A stretch of DNA of 64,000 bases from Eledone cirrhosa (GCA_964016885.1 OZ024741.1:196912001-196976000); one strand, 5' to 3'; shown: positions 26,192-39,752, counted from the stretch's first letter. Notes: a model not told the origin generated them from the sequence alone. A program made the numbers and translations.

Positions 26192-26560
26192 CAAGCACAC
26201 ACACAATTTGATTTATACTGTTTCTCACAACATATCAATGTTTGCCAAGCTTCTTCAGGGAAGTGCAGTTTGTTATTCAAGTCTTTCTCTCTCTCTCTCT
26301 TTCCACACAGACACACTTAGTCTTCAGCCATTGCAAACTTGACTTACAGTTTGACTTACAATTAAGTTTGCAATGGCTGAAGACTAAGTTAGTCCTAGAG
26401 ATACAACATCGAACATAAGTAAATACTTATAGAAAATGTGCGCCAACAACAGAACATACTATGAAACTATTAGCACCATAACATTCAATATATGCATTTA
26501 CCTCACTGTTTATATATGAAATGGGTCATTCTTTCAAAATATCAAGTACATTTAAGTAAA

Positions 26561-26894
26561 TATAGCTTACATGAAGCAATGAAAGATATGTAATAAATCA
26601 TAAGGTGTTCAGAAAGCCAGTACACTGTAGATATAAATATAGGTGGTATTGGGGTAAAAGGATGACAAAACAAAACCAAATGTTTTTACCCAATATATTT
26701 CTTCATGATATTTCACTGATATTTACCTTAAAATATCATGAAGAAACATATAGTCTAAACATATAGTCTAAAAACATTATTTTGTTTTATCATCCAGTTT
26801 TATCACCCCAGTGCCACCTTTATAATCCTATCCACATTGTACTGGCTTTCTGAACATCTTATTACATATCTCACAATGCTTCATGTAAGCTATA
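26561..26894. repeat. Long imperfect fold-back (about 150-bp arms)
   Basis: TATAGCTTACATGAAGC/GCTTCATGTAAGCTATA, GTTCAGAAAGCCAGTACA/TGTACTGGCTTTCTGAAC and TTTCTTCATGATATTT/AAATATCATGAAGAAA pair symmetrically. Confidence 0.85.
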
Positions 26895-27229
26895 CTGCTT
26901 TATACATACATACACACTAGTAATCTTATAATCTTGAAACATGTATTCAGTATAACAGTCAGGTTTGCAGGAAATGTCATATTGGATTTTATAAAACAAT
27001 ATACTTTTCTTGGAGGTAAAAATGAAATTTCCGTTGATGGGAAATAAAAAGAAATGTACAGCTAGTGGTTGTATGGTAAAATCAACATGGCTGATGTTCT
27101 ATTGGAACATCTGCAAGTTGACAGCTACAGGATAAACATGGACAGGGAAAGAATTACAAAGGGATGTCATTCTGTGAGAAGAAAAGAGAAAAGTGTAAGT
27201 GCAGGACCAGGGGAAGGGACACAATTATG

Positions 27230-27355
27230 AATATGGTAAATAGCTCTAGAGGATATGGTAAATAGCTCTAGAGGATATGGTAAATAGCTATAGAGAATAT
27301 GGTAAATGGCTATAGAGAATATGGTAAATAACTATAGAGGATATGGTAAATAGCT
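27230..27355. repeat. 22-bp tandem repeat, about 5.7 copies
   Basis: Unit RATATGGTAAATAGCTMTAGAG. Confidence 0.9.
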
Positions 27356-28856
27356 TTTTAAATCTTTAATCTTTCATCAACAGTGATCAAGTGAATGAGG
27401 TGTTGACCCTTTCTAAAGTGGCTATAATAGCAATAGCAATAGTGTTAAAAAAATCCAATCCTTTACAAATCACAAAGGTTTATATGACAGTTGCTTTACT
27501 CTTGTTTCTGAAGCACGAAATATATATAAAGTAGATTTCTCATTGGATATGGGGTTGGTGTATTGTGGATAGATTTCCCAATTAAGTAATTGAACTCAGG
27601 ACTGCAAACCAATAACATACTCATTGATTTCAGAATACTGTTGCTGTTTACAGTAGAGAATGATATCACTATGTATCAGCTTAGAGCTAGGCAGACTTGG
27701 CTGTTAAGAGTAAAGTGTCTAGTCCATGGATATAATCTAACATTAGTAGTAGAATATAAAACAGTGCTTTTCTGTTTGGTCAGCCTGCACTATTGGTTTA
27801 GTTATCCAGAGACCACTGTAATAATAGTACTGTTAATAATAACAATAATGATGATGGTTTCTGTTCTAAGGACAAGTCTCATAAAGAGATTGGAATTTTG
27901 TGAAATTTATAATTTCTGAAAGATTGACAGTATAAGTGAGCTGAAATAACTACACCCTCAAAAATCAAAACTGAATCATGAACAGTCTTCCAGGAGCTTA
28001 GCTTAGAAAAAAAAAAGGATTTATTAATTAAATATAAAGCCTATAATAGAATGAAATGCTCTACCTCCAAATATAATATATTGCAGTTGGAAGCAAATTG
28101 ATGCTTCATGACACAGGAGGAACCAGTCTCCTATGTAATCAGTCATTGCAACAGTAGAAGAAATAATATTAAAGATAATTTTTTTAGATCAGTGGCAGGA
28201 GCACAGATTTGAATAACTACCACAAAACTACCCAGGTTAGAAACAAAATCTGGACAAAGAAATTGTAAACAACATTAAAAAGGCAATCACAATTGGTTCT
28301 AATTACAGAGGTTAAAGTTATCTGTTGGGGGAAAATGCAACAAACACAGGATTTATAATTGTTTGATATATATGTATATAGTGTATGAGTATAAGGTTTC
28401 TGAATATGGTGCTTATTGTGGTGGTAAGGAAAGATTGCGTGAAAATGAAGCTAGTGTTCTATTTTAGATGAAATAAAATCGTTAATGAAAGATTTCAACC
28501 AAATATATCTGATACAACTAAAAAATATATGTGGTGTAGTTAAGGAAAAACTCATCCATGTGTTTACGACAACTACTGATGGTATGGTATTTCTATGCTG
28601 TCATGGAAGACTGAAATGGTGTAAAAACTTCCATTCCTTCTAAAAGTATCTTTCCAAGGGAAATATATCAGCTTTTGTTACTTGAAAATTAACCCTTTTA
28701 ATACCTCCCACTACAACCATGTTGCTATGAAACAAAATCACCCTTTTAAAATGATTCCTATTTAAATTAATATCATCCAACATAATTTGACATAAGAATT
28801 TTTGGTTAAGTTATGTTACAAATACCATCTTAATAATGAAATAATTCATTCAACCA

Positions 28857-31243
28857 TTATATTTGGAGAGGGTCATGTCCTAATATTGCCAGGAAATTGT
28901 AGTAAAAAACACTCAGTTTTGGTTTGGTATATCTTTATATTTCTATAATTTAGCCAGCAATCAATGTTTATCACTGACCAACAGTTAAAAATACTAGCAG
29001 AAAAACCACCCTACGGTGGTTTTCTGCTAGCATGTGTAGTGTGTATATTGATATTATACACAAATATATATGCATGTAGATATGATACATCAAATAAAAT
29101 CGTAATTGACAATATACACAGAAATTGAACAAAGCCTATGTTACACTGTCTTCTGTAAACAGTAATCCATGATATATTAAAAAAAAGACGACATTATATA
29201 TAAACTGCATTAGGAGAAAATTAGCGACGGAAATATATACGATTATAAGTGTTATAATATAACGGCCGCTAACCGGAAGTGTTGACATTTGATAATTTTA
29301 AAGAAGTGAATTTTAAAGATTAAGCTATAAAATATATTTAATCAACAGCCACGAAATTTAGCACAGAAATTATGTAATATTCATTCATTATTTATTCAAA
29401 GTAATCCAACTTATTTTACAAACCTATTTTAAAAAAATATATTCTGGACGCAATCCTGCAGACCTTCCTTTATTATAGTTAAGATAAATATAGTTTCTCA
29501 TAAATCATTTATCACACTTAAGTGACATTATCAGTGATTATCATGTTTCCATGTCTCCTCCTGCTGCATTCCTATAATTTTATTTATTTATTTTTGTTGT
29601 CTCTGTTTTTTGCATGCGTTTGTATGCATGTATTCTGTTTGGTGTGTGCTCATGTCTGTGTGTTTATATTCTAACTTTGGTCACTAGTGCGTATTTATGT
29701 GTGGGTGGTGTTACTGCATCTGTATATATTTATATTCTATCTTAGATCACAAGTACGTTTTTGTGTATGGTTGTTGTTATTCCATTCATGTTTTCTGTTC
29801 AGCTTAGGTTTTCTTAATTCTATTTCTGTAGCCTCTCTAATTTGTCTAATTTTAGAGTCATTCCTATATTTAGATATTTTCATTTCTATGTTGTCTATTT
29901 TCCCATCATATTTTAGTCTGGCATATTGATATAGTACTGAATTGTCTTTTTGTCCTTTTAGTTCACTCCAGTGTCTATCTATCCTCTCTCCTATGTATGT
30001 CATCATGTTTCTGCAAACACCTTCTGTACATTTTATACTATAGACTACGTTTCTAGTTTTACAATTTATTTGTGGACTTACTCTACATACTATACATTTC
30101 TTATTTGTACAGCGAGTTTTCTTAAAGTTTTACTGATCATGGATTTTATGGTAGTTTCTGGCTTTTCTAACACTTTGATATTTAAAAAAATGTTTCTTAG
30201 GGCCTTTCTAAATTGGTGAGCTAGTTCACCTCCAGGGGTTACATCCAGGAACATGACACTCTGGTATCTCTGATTGTCATACCATGAGATGGCTTTCCCT
30301 ATCTTTTGCCAAGTCCTGTCTATGCTATTCTGCGATTTGCTCCGTATAGCAGGCAAATTCCATGATTTGCATAGATAGGACTAATCTCTTTCATGTCCAT
30401 CTCTATGAAGTTCTTGTATGTCACTGTAACCCCTTTGATTCTGTCTCTTTGGTTGTAGCCAGAGAACTGCATGCGATGGATGAAGTGTTGTGCGTGTCTT
30501 TCTAGTTCAGTTGGATCACACATGTGGGACACATTTTTCATCACTTTTACTAAGTCCACAATCAGGGTATTAAACTTAGCACTATTAGACAACGCTGAGT
30601 TTTTGTGGAGGCAATGGGTTTAGTATAATGTGATCGGAGGATTTGGGCTTTCTCATTTATAGTATGCAACCAGAGTTCAGTGTCTAATATGGGTTGTCTA
30701 TTGTTTGGGTGTTTGGAAGGGTAGTCGATAGTTACTGTGATGCTCTGATGTATGGAGTTAGCTATTTGCTGGATGCTTTCCATGGTGTTAGCCTTTAATT
30801 TGGGTTCATATATACTCTTGTGAGGGTGTTTTTATTACTATATTAATGTAGTCTACATAACAAGAGTACATGATGAGAGCTATGGAGTTCTCTGCTAAAT
30901 AAAATAAAAAACTTATAGGAACACAACAGGAGGAGACATGGAAACATGATAATCACTAATGATGTTTCTTAAGTGTGATGAAAGATTTATGAGAAACTAT
31001 ATTCATATTTATACTTTTAACTGTTGGTCAATGATAAACATTGATTGCCAGCTAAATTATTTGTAGAAATATAAAGATATACTGAAGCGAAAACCAAACC
31101 AAACCAAACCAAACCAAACTGAGTGTGTTTTACTGTATTTTTCTGGCAATATTAGGACAACATGACCCTCCCCAAATATAACAATATCTGTTTCAACACA
31201 CGATTTCATATAAAAAAAACCTTGCAAAACAAATACATCTCCG
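28857..31243 (-). mobile_element. Penelope-like retroelement remnant with inverted termini
   Basis: Minus-strand fragments: YVDYIN (degenerate YVDD), IANSIHQSITVTIDYPSKHPNNRQPILDTELW (RT end) and YIGE...IRQIREATEI...LNRKHEW (GIY-YIG end). Sequence at 28857-28993 plus 29485-29564 is the reverse complement of about 30925-31181. Confidence 0.85.
28994..29484 (-). mobile_element. Non-autonomous Helitron-like insertion
   Basis: On the minus strand it starts A|TCTTAACTATAATAAA and ends with hairpin CTAGCAGAAAACCACCGTAGGGTGGTTTTTCTGCTAG|T, with no TSD. Removing it restores the Penelope inverted arm. Confidence 0.8.
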
Positions 31244-32184
31244 TTAATTCAAATACAGTGTATTTCATTAGAAATGTGGTAATGATTTATAATTGTTGAT
31301 CATTTACTGGTTTTAGTCACTGAACTGCACCCATACTGTGGTATTGATTTCAAAGGTTTAGTCAACCAGAATGACCCCCAGTACATATTTCATCAATCTC
31401 TATTTGCCAAATAATTAAGAAACAAAGTAACATAATTTAAATGGACACAGGCACACATACATGAATGAGTATCTACATAGTTTTTGTCTATCAAATTCTA
31501 CTGACAAGGCATTGGTCAATGTAATCCAGTAGCAGAAGGCACCTGCTCAATGTGATGCATAGTTGAGTTGACCTGGTACCAAATGATTGCAAAACAAACC
31601 TCTGGATCACATAGTTATGCCTGAACATATCCAGAATAAATTCTTCAGAAATGATGTTTTTCAAAAATATCTCGAGAAATGTGTTTATGCAATGAAAGAT
31701 CATTTGGAGTCCAAAGTTCTTGTCATATTAAAACTTTATGACAGATTATTACTTTTGGCAATAAGTTAGTTAATTATCAATTATATATTATTTAAGAACA
31801 TTTATTAAAAATAGTTTAATTTAATCTTTAATTAATAAAAAAGAAAGATAAATTTATTTTAGATTTGGTTAACAGCCAACAGTATTTTTCAATGAGTTCC
31901 AAAAATATTTAGAGTTAACACTTACAATAACTAGATCTACCACAAGATAGTCACATTTCAACAATAGCACATAATTAGTTTAACATATTGATAAGATATA
32001 CTTAACATTTTTGAAATAAGAAAAACAGATTTGATAAAGGCGCTACCAATTAAAACAATTATTTAACACTTCTTTTGGATTTTCTTAATATTAATGACCG
32101 TATAATCATATAAAGATTTAATGTTTTTAGTACTGGAATATATGCTTGAAATTTTCTAATGTAAATAAGAAACTATTCTATTCA

Positions 32185-32440
32185 TGTTGCCTGCTTCCAA
32201 CCTTGTCACTTTGGCCACAAACCTAGGCACTGCCACTCCAAAAACCGAGGAGCAAAAGATAGCCAAATACCAGGACTTCAAATTATACCTTTTTGTCATT
32301 GGGACCTCTGGTGTCCTTGGTCCCTGAACAGTTGTTTTCCTCAGCAATATTAGGAGTGACGAAAAAGCCATGTCAAGTGGAGAGGTTGATGCAGTGGGCG
32401 TTCCTGACTATTCTCTGTGGCAATGCATTTGAGACTTTAA
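32185..32440 (+). mobile_element. CRE-like RLE retrotransposon C-terminal fragment
   Basis: ASNLVTLATNLGTATPKTEEQKIAKYQDF...IGTSGVLGP* resembles the AE..K..KY...ETxGVxGP tail of CRE-type elements. Confidence 0.5.
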
Positions 32441-33664
32441 TTGCAGGGCACAGCTGAAATATACCCCCTAGACTAGGGTGTAGAGTTTTCTGCCCCCTCC
32501 CCTGCCCCTGCTTTTATTATTCAATTTTTCTTTTTTTCTTTAATTAAAAATATATAATTTATTTGAAATTTGTAGATTAAATATTTTCATTATTCTATCC
32601 ATTTCCATCATAGTTCAGACTTCGAAACTATATAGCATCAATGAGATAACCACTTCTAGGAAATAGTTTTGATGAATTGTCTGATTATAGAAATAATTGT
32701 TTCTACTTTAGGCACAAGGCCAGCAATTACCCAGTGCATTACTGGTACTTTCAGTGCTATATTGCAATCTAAACACATGTTCAATTTTCAATATATCTCA
32801 GTTCTTTTGACAGTAAATAGTTACTCGAGGAAGTTATACATGTAACCTTGCTAAGCCATAGAAAATTGTAGTTGGAGAGTGTCTCAATAGTTCAATGCTT
32901 TTAACTAAAATCCTTACACTTGCAAAACCTATCATAGATTCAGGGAAAATCAATTTCAACTGTTTAACACTTTGAAAGCCAAGCACGGTTCCAGCTGACT
33001 GAAGAGGAAGGAAACAAACCTTCCAGTTAAAGTAGTGGTTAAAAAAGAATGGAAAATTCAAATTCTAAATCTGCAATCTAAAATTAGAAATAATCAATAC
33101 TGAGCTCAATGTCTTATGTTTTTGCTTTAATATTTCTTTTTAAAAATGTAAAAAAGTTGCAGATTTTTTATTCAATAAGAAAGGGAAAGTATTCAACCAG
33201 ATTGCCAAAATGAATATAAATTTATTTGAAACAGTCACATTTTATTTAAATAATATTAATGTATCAAATCTGCATTGGTAGAAGAAATGCAAACCTAAAT
33301 CATTAGAAATCCTCCAGCCATTGTGCTATTAAGTAAACCCAAATACATATACTATGACTATTGGATATCTAAAAAAAAATCCAACATTCACCTTTAATTT
33401 GACCTATATTTTTAATAGCTTAATTAAGTCGAAAATAACAAAACAGAAGTCAAACATAATTTGGGTATTAGATGCTAGGTCGAACTAACAGTATCCAGTA
33501 TAAAAAAAAACAACAGACTGCAGTATCCATTAAAAAAAAATGTTTATTACTATTATTAATAATAGTAATATATTAACAATCGTAATTAAATTCTGCCATT
33601 TAAAGATGGGACAGCATTGTAAATATAATTATATTACATCAAAATTACCCTTCACAAGATATAC

Positions 33665-33697
33665 CTGATTCTATTTTTTGTATCATCAGGGCTCTGC
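33665..33697 (-). CDS. EML: EML candidate 33-nt exon, (R)QSPDDTKNRI
   Basis: ctcatcttctcacag|GCAGAGCC...AGAATCAG|gtatat. Good polypyrimidine tract, phase 2-2, open frame. Confidence 0.55.
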
Positions 33698-33966
33698 CTG
33701 TGAGAAGATGAGTTGATAACTTATGAATGATGAAAAGCTATTTGTTAAAGAACTAAAATTTACTGTACAAAACATTCTTATATAAACAATGATGCCATAT
33801 TCATGAAGGAAAAACTGATGAAAGCTAACACTAACTACCTTGATACATCGCTAATGGGATTCTAAATATTGAAAAACCAGAACACAGAGAAATACACTAT
33901 TTAGCAAGAAGAGGGAGGTTCTATCAAATCAAGATGTGAAGATGATTAAATAAGTTAAATAATTAC

Positions 33967-33984
33967 CTTCCATACAAATTTATT
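33967..33984 (-). CDS. EML: EML candidate 18-nt microexon, (R)INLYG
   Basis: atatatttcag|AATAAATTTGTATGGAAG|gtaatt. Phase 2-2 and open, but short enough to occur by chance. Confidence 0.35.
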
Positions 33985-34377
33985 CTGAAATATATTGATA
34001 GAAAAGTAACAATTGAGATTTACAGACTGATTGCATTTGTAAACATTGTTTCTAAAAGGCATTTTAAAAGCTTTTGCTGAAATCTAATTTTAGTTTAGTT
34101 ATATTACTTGTTTGTATATTTTATGCTTGCAAAATTTAATTTTGTTAATTTTGGAATAATTTGATTATATATTAAACACAGATGTTATACATGTTGACAA
34201 AATATATTGTAGTTTTAGCTCGTCAACTCTACAAAAGGTTTATTTTCTTTCCAAATGTAGTTACCAGATAATGCAAGTAAAACCAAATAATCTGAGAACA
34301 TCTTCCTAACAAAAATTCCCATTTTGTGTTAACATTGATTGTTTCAAACACTAAATACAAGGAGAGGTCCTTTACAC

Positions 34378-34522
34378 AAGGCAATGGCAACCTTTTTCGA
34401 GCAGTGGGCCATATAGGATGTGCCTCATGATAAGGCAGGTCGCACTACTAAAAATTCAAGACAATTTTGAAATTAGCTGTGCCATTCTAAAAGCCAAATG
34501 AGCCACAGTTTGCCCATGACTG
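34378..34522. mobile_element. Short hAT-like MITE remnant
   Basis: Imperfect TIRs CAAGGCAATGGCAACC / GTTTGCCCATGACTG. Confidence 0.45.
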
Positions 34523-35419
34523 CTTTAAACTATGAAAAATTGCTAAATTAAATGTGATAATTCTAGGTTTTCCTCTTAATTTAAGCAATGGATGGTTCTA
34601 CTGCTACTTAAAATCAATCAAAGAGAATAAGAAATATAGGAAAAACAGTAAAAAAAAGAAGAGAAACGTATGAATTTATATGAATAAAAATTATCTTAAT
34701 CTCAAGGGAGACAACTCTTTGTTAGAACTTGTACTTAAGAAAATCAGAGTGGTGTAGAAATATCTTATAAAGCGTTTTTTTTGAATTCCCAAATATAAAG
34801 TGGTGAGATGCATTTGTATTCAATAGAGTTAATATTATGTATAACCACAATTTGGATGATCCTGCATAGGAATCCAAAGCAACGAAAAAAATTCAGTGTC
34901 GTTGTTTGACCTTCTAGAAATAGTAACAAAACATTCTTCAAATTATACTTTTGCATTTTAAAATCAAGAAGCACATATTGAAAAAAGGTTGTTCAGGGTG
35001 GGATGACCATGGCTACTATGCCTTCAAGCATTGATCTGCTTGATCAGAGTTGATTTGGGACTAAATAATACAACAATATAAATTATTGGTATGCATTTCA
35101 AGCAGTATTAAGTTTTGTCTTAGGTTCTTGTTTTATATCTAGTGCTAGATGGCATCATATAACTGGTGTAGATAAGCTTAATGCATCCAATTATACCTAT
35201 TTCCAACAAAATTTGTCATTATGCTTATAGAAAAGAATTGATATTTCATCTATAAAATTACTGACATCATGGTGCCACAATAAAGTACACCCAGTTTATG
35301 ATAAATGTAATAGATAAAATGCTTTGGCATATTCATTCAGCATCTCTGCACTTTGAGTTCAAATCTCACCATGGTTAACTTTGCCTTTCATCTTTTTAAG
35401 GTCAATAAAAAAAATACCA

Positions 35420-35480
35420 TATATACATACACATATATATATACATACATATATATATACATACATATACATGCATATAT

Positions 35481-35513
<33 letters not shown>

Positions 35514-35697
35514 TACATACATATATATATATACATACATATATATATATACATACATATATATATATACATACATATATATATATACATACATATATAT
35601 ATATACATACATATATATATATACATACATATATATATATATACATACATACATACATATATATACATACATACATACATATATATACATACATACA

Positions 35698-35743
<46 letters not shown>

Positions 35744-35783
35744 CATATATATACATATATACATACATACATATATATATACA

Positions 35784-35819
<36 letters not shown>

Positions 35820-35882
35820 CATACATACATACATACATATATATATATATACACATACATATATATATATATATATACATAC

Positions 35883-35913
<31 letters not shown>

Positions 35914-35928
35914 CATATATATATATAC

Positions 35929-35959
<31 letters not shown>

Positions 35960-35964
35960 CATAC

Positions 35965-35995
<31 letters not shown>

Positions 35996-36195
35996 CATAC
36001 ATATATATATATATATATACATACATATATATATACATACATACATATATATATACATACATATATATATATATATACATACATACATATATATATATAC
36101 ATACATATATATATATACATACATACATATATATATACATACATATATATATATATATACATACATACATATATATACATACATACATATATATA
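35420..36195. repeat. Compound (TA)n/(TACA)n microsatellite, about 775 bp
   Basis: Almost entirely TA and CATA units; generates the spurious Y/I/H/T ORFs. Confidence 0.97.
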
Positions 36196-36779
36196 TGGTG
36201 GCTGCCAACTCGTTTTCGAGTACGGCCACTACTTTATATCAATGTAGGAGAACCCCTACTGATGCGCTGAACAAGTGTGACTTTTTAGTCCAGCCAGCGA
36301 CTTGAAAACTCTGGTACAAACACTACACTTGTGACAATTATTGACACATAGTGCTGGGCCCATGGTACCATGTGATGACAAGTGCAGAGAGATCTCCAGA
36401 TATAAAGCAATGCCTGTGCTGTGAAGCTTTTATAGTGAGCAAAGGCACTGCACAAAGCCAGTCCCACTCTCTTAACCAAGATGATATTTACCAAAAAGAA
36501 GAACAAGTCAACATCATTGGATACCATCAGAGTTGCAGGTGTTATATCAAAGTTTTCCTTCTCCTAGAATTCTGCCTTGACAAAGGCTAAGGGGTCATCT
36601 CTCCCGGTGATTTTGGATGGCCATTGACTCTTAAGAGCGCCTTTGCCCTTTGACAGGTTTTGTTTTTAGTCCTGCAGGATGTCCAAAGTCACCCTCCTCA
36701 CCAAGAAATCTTGGTGGGGTTGCCAGTTTAGTCGCCAACGACCTGACCATGAGACAGGTTGTACTGGGATACATGTTAC

Positions 36780-36789
36780 ATACATATAC

Positions 36790-36840
<51 letters not shown>

Positions 36841-36893
36841 CATGCATATATATATACATACACATACATACATATATACATACACATACATAC

Positions 36894-36928
<35 letters not shown>

Positions 36929-36940
36929 CATACACATGTA

Positions 36941-36972
<32 letters not shown>

Positions 36973-37041
36973 CATACATAGATATATATACATACATAGA
37001 TATATACATACATTCATATATATATATATATATATATATAT
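36780..37041. repeat. Compound TA/CA microsatellite
   Basis: Direct inspection. Confidence 0.95.
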
Positions 37042-37149
37042 GATGATGGCTGCACCCTTGTTATCGAGTATGGCCATTGCATGAAAAAAAAAAATAATAA
37101 TAATAATAACAATGACAATAATAATAACAACAATTATATATATATATTT

Positions 37150-37184
<35 letters not shown>

Positions 37185-37189
37185 ATAAC

Positions 37190-38385
37190 AATTAACAGTG
37201 CTGCGATCGAATGTGGCTTTTTAGCCCAGCCAAAGATCTAAAATGTCTTGCCGAGTTGGGAACCAAAACATTTACTGGAAATAGTCGGCTGTGGTTGGAG
37301 TTCATGTACTTTTGCATGTCGTTTGAGCTCTCCTGTTGATCTACACTCTCTTCCATATGCTTGGCAGGCAAGATGAGTAGCATCTCCAACAGCAGCCTGG
37401 TAGTCAACCATTGGTTTCACTTTATGACTGCGAAGATGAGTTTCGAGTCCAGCTTTGCTGAGGCAGAGTCTCGCACAGACGCTGCATGTCAGCGCCATAG
37501 GAGGACCTTCGCTGTCTGGAAATGCAACAGCAATGCCCTTCCTCACATCCCTCTTTACTTTCTCGTATGCGATTCGAGATGCCTCAAAGGCAACTTTCCC
37601 CTCATATACAGTCTTTTTCCATTTCAGCAGCAACAGTTTGCCATGTATCAGCAGAGATGTTAGCATCTTTCAAAGAGGCTTTCAACGAATCCTTAAACCT
37701 CTTTTTTGGTTTATGTGGAGGTCGTTTTCCTTTAACTAACTCTCCATAAAAGAGTTGTTTTGGTGACAACTCCAATGGAGTCTTTGCTTAAGCACAAGAG
37801 CTTCTATACTGTCACACATAGAGCTTTCCAAAATCTCAACATCACTGATGTGGTCCCTCCAGTGAATGCCATGGATCCGTCTGAGACGCATCTGATGGAA
37901 ACGCTCCAATTGTTTAAGGTGGTGTCGATATGTGACCCAGGTCTTGCAGGCATAAAGAAGAGAGCACACATGCTTTGTACACCTTTACCTTTGTCTTCTT
38001 GCATATGTCTTGCCGACGCCTTTCTAGCTTTCCAAAAGCATCACTTGCTCTCCTAATCCGGGGTGGAATTTCATTATCAAGGTTATTGTATCGATTGACA
38101 GAGCTTCCCAGGTAGACTAACTGATCAACCACTCCAAGTCGTTTACCATACACATAGATATTTGGCTCACTGTACTGCTTACCAGGGGGCAGGTTGGTAC
38201 ATGATGAGGGTTTTCTTGAGACTGACGGTCAATCCTAGGGTAGTGCAAGCATCAGAAAATGCATTCAAAATGTGCTGCATATCACTGTGTGCGCTACAAG
38301 ATTGCAATCATCTGCATACAAGAGATCTCTTATGATTGATGTAAATACTTTTGTTTTTGCAGCAAAGCGCCTAATGTTAAATATA
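37190..38385 (-). mobile_element. Decayed RTE/BovB-like LINE 3' part with C2H2 zinc-finger-like repeats
   Basis: LLYADDC (about 38300-38325), YLGS...EIPPRIRRASDAFGKL, LLYACKTWVTY, and CSVCARLCLSKAGLETHLRSH plus two further finger-like units. Confidence 0.85.
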
Positions 38386-38624
38386 CTCTATTACATGTTT
38401 CAGCCATCTGGCTGAGGCACCACCCTTGTTGCTACATGTTCTATATCCAGTCTACATATATATATATAGTTTAGGGAATCAAAAGCTTGTCAGACTTCTT
38501 TTGATTCCAGAGTCGAGCCTGATCAATACAGATCGAACTGTGAGCTGATCAATCGCGAAACATGTCACACCTCAATAAATATAATGAAAATGTAACATTC
38601 TTTTTATTATCATTCAGTGTCAGT

Positions 38625-38912
38625 AGAGGATCGGACGCCATGCTTTAAAGCATAGTCACATCCCTTTACATTCTGAGTTCAAATCCCGCCAAGGTTAACT
38701 TTGACTTTCATCTTTACAGGGTCGATAAAATAAATATACTAGTAACATACTGAGATAATTGCTGGCCTTGTCCCAAAAGTAGAAACAATTATTATATATA
38801 TAAATCTCACCGAGGTTAACTTAGCCTTTCATCCTTACAGGGTCGATAAAATAAAGTACCAGTAATGCACTGGAGTAATTGCTGGCCTTGTGCCAAAAGT
38901 AGAAACAATTAT
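38625..38912 (+). mobile_element. Two tandem tRNA-SINE copies, the second 5'-truncated
   Basis: GAGTTCAAATCCCGCC...GGGTCGATAAAATAAA...GCTGGCCTTGTGCC..AGTAGAAACAATTATT; the core-to-tail part occurs twice. Confidence 0.85.
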
Positions 38913-39707
38913 TATATATATATATGTGTGTGTATGTATGGATATGTGTGTGTATGTATGGATATGTGTGTGTATGTATGGATATATGTATGTATGCATA
39001 TATTTATGTATATATATATACGCGCGTGTGTGTGTGTGTGTGTGTGTGTATTTGTCATGGCCATTGTTGCAAATTCCACCACCCTCACCTTTAAATTGAT
39101 TTCACAGATGTCAATAACCAAAAATACCCAAAGATACCAAAAATTCTTTGGCCAGAGCCTGACAATTTAGTCCTCAATGAAACCTTTTTATTTACTTAGG
39201 ATAAATGACCCTTGAAAAATGTGTGGTTGTTTGTATGAATATGTGTGTATGGATAGTTGTGTATGAATGTGAACCTTGTCTTTTATCTGTGTAATTGTAT
39301 TAGTGTGTATTTTTCTAAAAACAGTTTTTCAAAGAATCCCTGTTCTTTAAAATCCCTCGGACAACCACTTCTACCCATCCTCAAAATCACCACCTTCCCC
39401 AACCACCAGAAAACAAATAAATACTACCATATGACTCATACACTGTTCATTTTCCTGACATTTGTACATTATTCTATGTACTATACATGCAACTTTGATG
39501 AGTTGTAGTGCACCTGAGCACTGTACACAATAATTTCATTATTATTCATTATTATATATTACAATGTCAGTTGGCTTTCTTGATAATTTCTTTCCAATAA
39601 AACAGTTCTAGTCCTGTAGAAGCCATTTCTATATAACATTTGATGTTTACACTCCACTAATGTATTGAGTACCCCCAATTGAACCCGCGACTCAAACACA
39701 CACACAC

Positions 39708-39752
<45 letters not shown>

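Noticed and set aside
27230-27355. Regularly repeated 22-mers, superficially CRISPR-like
   Set aside because: No unique spacers and no cas genes; eukaryotic context. A simple minisatellite.
35353-36270. Five long overlapping ORFs of 266-305 aa
   Set aside because: Translations of a TA/CA microsatellite that lacks stop codons. The same applies to ORFs at 36631-37084, 43321-44098 and 13069-13413.
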